A DNA stretch of 63,435 nt, filler included, from Reclinomonas americana ATCC 50394 (lineage: Eukaryota), in NCBI GenBank assembly GCA_048213135.1. It is 13 parts of 13 records of this genome, joined end to end, with 100 filler letters (N's around TTAATTAATTAA, not from the genome) between each part and the next. Parts side by side here need not be neighbours in the genome. Positions count along the whole stretch, not along the records: positions 60,226 to 63,435 come from AFZH01023726.1; 12 more parts are not named here. One strand, 5' to 3'. Position numbers and translations under genes: made by a program. Position 1 is the stretch's first letter; every line of letters begins with the position of its first letter. Positions 60,226-63,435 of this stretch are shown piece after piece. Below the pieces are notes generated by a model that made no database searches, had not been told where the DNA came from, and saw nothing but the letters and a program-made list of their open reading frames with translations.

Positions 60226-63200
60226 TTTCTCGGTCTTGTCCGCGACGGCTGTTACTCCTATCAGCTACAACTACGCCGCGGCGACAACATTGACTGTAGA
60301 TGGCGCAGGCTTGTCAACCCGAGATCTGTATTTTGCCGTGTCGAGTTCCAGTCTATGCAGTGCTGTTCCACTTGCTCAGGTCGCCGTCGATCAAGTGACC
60401 CAAGTGCAATTCAATCAGCAATTCACAGTTCGCGTCACCATCAGTGATGGCAACGGATGGCTCTTCCGTCTCTGTGTGCAACCAGGTGGTGAGCCCAGCG
60501 CTGCGTTCGCGCTGTCTGTGGCCTCCCAGCAAATTGTGTCAGCGGTGAAGTCGAGTGGATTCACGCCCCCGGCGATCCCTGTTGGATACAGTGTGACAAT
60601 GACGGTGAACGGCAGTGGCTTCCGCCCCGGAAGCGACACTGCGGCGGTGCTTGTGCAGGCTGCCGCTTCGTGCTCGTCTGGCGCCGGATCGCTTCTCAGT
60701 GTGTCGAACGTAACAGCGCCTAACGGTAACACGTTACAGTTCACTGTCAACACTGCTGCAACAGTGGCGTCCACTGCATATACTGTTTGTGTGGCTGCGT
60801 CGCCGACGAGTCCGGTGTTTGTCAATGTCGGAACGCTCTCTGGTTTGGTGCTTGTGGATGGGCAGAGCATTGTGCCACTAGGCAGTGTCGTCCCTGTGAT
60901 CGCCAACACGCGGTTCACGATTTCGGGAGTGGCACTGAGCAGTCTCGACGTGGTGCAGTTTGTGGCCAGCGACGCTGCTGGCCAAGTGACGTGCAGTTCG
61001 CCAATGGCGGCTGCCACTGTGAGCACTCGCAACCCTGCGGTTGTCAGCAACCAGCTGGTGGTGGACTTGTCGAGTGCCATTGTCAGCGGATCGCGCTTCC
61101 TGGTGTGCATCCAGTTCCAAGGTGTAGGCCTCTCGTACCCTCTCAGCAACTCTGCGGCAGCATTCTTCTCGGCTGTATCAGTGCCCACCGCAACGCCAGT
61201 GACGTACACTCTGGACACCAACGCGCGTATCATGCAAGTGACCGGCACTGGCCTCAGCGCAGCCGACACCTATTTCGTGGTTGCCGCAGACAGTGCGTGC
61301 ACTGCTGGTCCACTGGCCTCCACGGCGGTTGCAGCGCCCGCAGTGACCACATTCAACACGCTCGTATCCATTACTGTAACCATGAGTGACTCCACTGGCC
61401 GTTTGTTCCGATTGTGCGTACGACCTGGCAACAATCCGAGCCTGCCGGCCGCCATTGCGGTCGGCAGTGGACAAGTTTTCGCTGCGGTCACCGTCACGTC
61501 CTTGACACCTGTGGCTGTGCCTCGAGTGGCAAGCGTGTCGCTGACCATTACCGGTCGTGGTTTCCCACCAGCCGGCACCCTGCTCGTGAAGGTATGTCAT
61601 TGTTGTTATATGTATGTATGCTTGCTTGTCGTTTGTATGCCTCGGACGCCTAACTTTGTTCCCACCACTGCAGATGGTCGATTCAGCGTGCACGGCATCC
61701 GTATCGCCGCTGCCTGTGACTTCGGTGACAGTGACGTCTGATACGCAGGCGGTGGTGGTAGTCAACACATCCTCTGCGGCGGCTGGCTCGACTCGCCAGG
61801 TTTGCGTTGCAACAAGTGTGTCGGATGTGTACTTGCCAGTCGGTGCGCCTGTGCTGCTTGTGGATGCGCAGTCGGTGTCGCCTGTTGGGCTGCCGGCGCC
61901 AGTGACAACGGGTCGTCGCCTGTCGGTTACTGGTGTTGGTCTCGACGTAACTGATGTGTTGCAACTGGTGGCCACCAATGTCGATAGCTCGGCCACTTGC
62001 AGTGATCCGCGAGGAGGCACTGTACTTGCTCTTGTCAACAACATTCTGAGTGGTGGTCCGCTTGTGGCCGAGATTCCTTCGAACGTTGTCGCTGGCCAGC
62101 AATTCCTCGTGTGCATTCAGTATCGACGCCAGGGTGTGTTTTACCCGTTGAGTACGGCTGGTTCATCTCGCTTCTCGGTGGTGGCGGTGACGAACGTGCA
62201 GCCGGTGCTGTTCAATTTTGTGTCTCCGGCTCTGCTGACGCTCTCCGGAAGCGGCCTGTCGTCGGACGATCGTTTGTTTGCAGTGGCTCCCGGCGACACG
62301 TGCACATCGGCAACGCCGCTGGTGCCAGTGCGCTTCAGTACTCCCACCGTGACTTCGTTCAATCAGCAGGTGACGCTCACCATCAACTTTGATGACGGCC
62401 TCGGCAACGCCTTCTTGGTGTGTCTGCGACCGAATGGAAGCGTAGTGCTGGGTGATGCGCTGCTACTGAATGGCGGTCAAGTGGTCAACGCGGTGCAAAC
62501 TGCGTCGGTGACCCCAGTTAATGTTCCAGCTCTGTCGTCGGTGGCGCTGACAGTGTCGGGTGCTGGATTCCCGCTTGGCGCCAATCGCGTGGTCGTGAAG
62601 GTGTGTGTGTGAGAGAGAGAGAGAGAGAGAAAGAAAGATTGTTGTCGTGGTTTATGGTTATTTGTCTTCTCATGCCCATGTGTGTGTTTGTATTTGATAG
62701 ATTGTCGAAGATGCTACGTGCCTGGGAACTACGAATCCAGTGCCGATTCTAGGCGTCTCGTCGACAACAACGGCGGCGCTGGTTGTGACTGTGAACACCT
62801 CGGCGGTGCCAATCTTGTCGCAGCGCACGGTGTGCGTTGCTGCGACAATGTCGTCGCCTTTTATCATGGTTACTGGCAGTCCATACGCTCTCCAATTTGT
62901 GAGAGCGTCGGCGGTGTCGCCCAAGGGCCTGTTCACGCCAGTTCCCATTCACACGCAACTCACAATTTCCGGCGCTGGTCTCACGAACACGGACGTGGTG
63001 ACGCTGATTCCGCGCAATGCACTCGGCACTGCCTCCTGCGATGACTCTGGCGGACTGTCGACTGACAGCACTACCGTGGTGGCTGCTGGCATTCAAGTGC
63101 AGCTGACCGCTGCCATCGCCGCTGGCCAGACCTACCTTGTGTGCATTCAGTTCCGTGCTCAAGGCCGCTTCTACCAGCTTGGCGACCCCACTGCGAATGT

Positions 63201-63435
63201 GTTCTCGGCCGTGTCGACGAGTGCGATCTCGCCGAGTCAATTCATTCTGTCGAGTCAGCAGCCGCTGTTGGTCGATGGTCTGGGTGTCAGTGAGCGCGAT
63301 GTGTATTACGCCGTTCCTGCTGGTCAGCCGTGCTCCACTGCACCGCTGGTGGACATCTCGTTCCCGGCCGGTAGCGTCAGTGCGTCTGCGTTCAATACGC
63401 AGGCAGCGGTGCAGCCGCTGTGGAATGCCTATTCT
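60226..63435 (+). CDS. Large surface protein of tandem disulfide-containing Ig/IPT-like domains in an A-B-C triplet period; both ends outside
   Basis: Repeats of about 105 aa, xxP...LT(V/I)xGxG(L/F)...C...(L/V)C(V/I). An intron recurs after VK in B-type domains (about 61592 and 62601). Confidence 0.8.

Noticed and set aside
1..63435. Alternative genetic code, tRNA/rRNA genes or autonomous transposons
   Set aside because: Conserved exons translate in the standard code without internal stops, and I saw no tRNA, rRNA, transposase or reverse-transcriptase signature.

Overview
This is intron-rich, GC-rich eukaryotic (protist-like) genomic DNA, not prokaryotic. It consists of 13 contigs joined by twelve 100-bp N spacers that carry an artificial TTAATTAATTAA linker. 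The six-frame ORF track is therefore mostly noise, and I rebuilt genes by hand by splicing short GT-AG introns. Genes in order: KP-43-type S8 protease with EGF repeats; intronless YjjX/PRRC1-family NTPase; membrane-anchored S28 peptidase whose last exon is repeated five times; a gene of about 33 exons with 9-10 LOTUS/OST-HTH-like winged-helix repeats and a C-terminal tail anchor; MSH2; FMN-domain glutamate synthase; serine racemase/dehydratase; Alba; a TM-RING ligase; an unknown membrane protein; a hidden 63-aa three-exon microprotein; a type-I membrane multicopper oxidase; an FCP1/HAD-like pseudophosphatase; a GH5 hydrolase; two NHL-propeller/FN3/cadherin paralogues; ARM-like, coiled-coil and LRR proteins; an IRAK/Pelle-like pseudokinase; and a large Ig-like repeat surface protein. 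The best candidates for novelty are the tail-anchored multi-LOTUS-like protein and the frequent, apparently register-shifted GTTGCG 5' splice site. All family calls come from motif recognition by eye; no searches were run.
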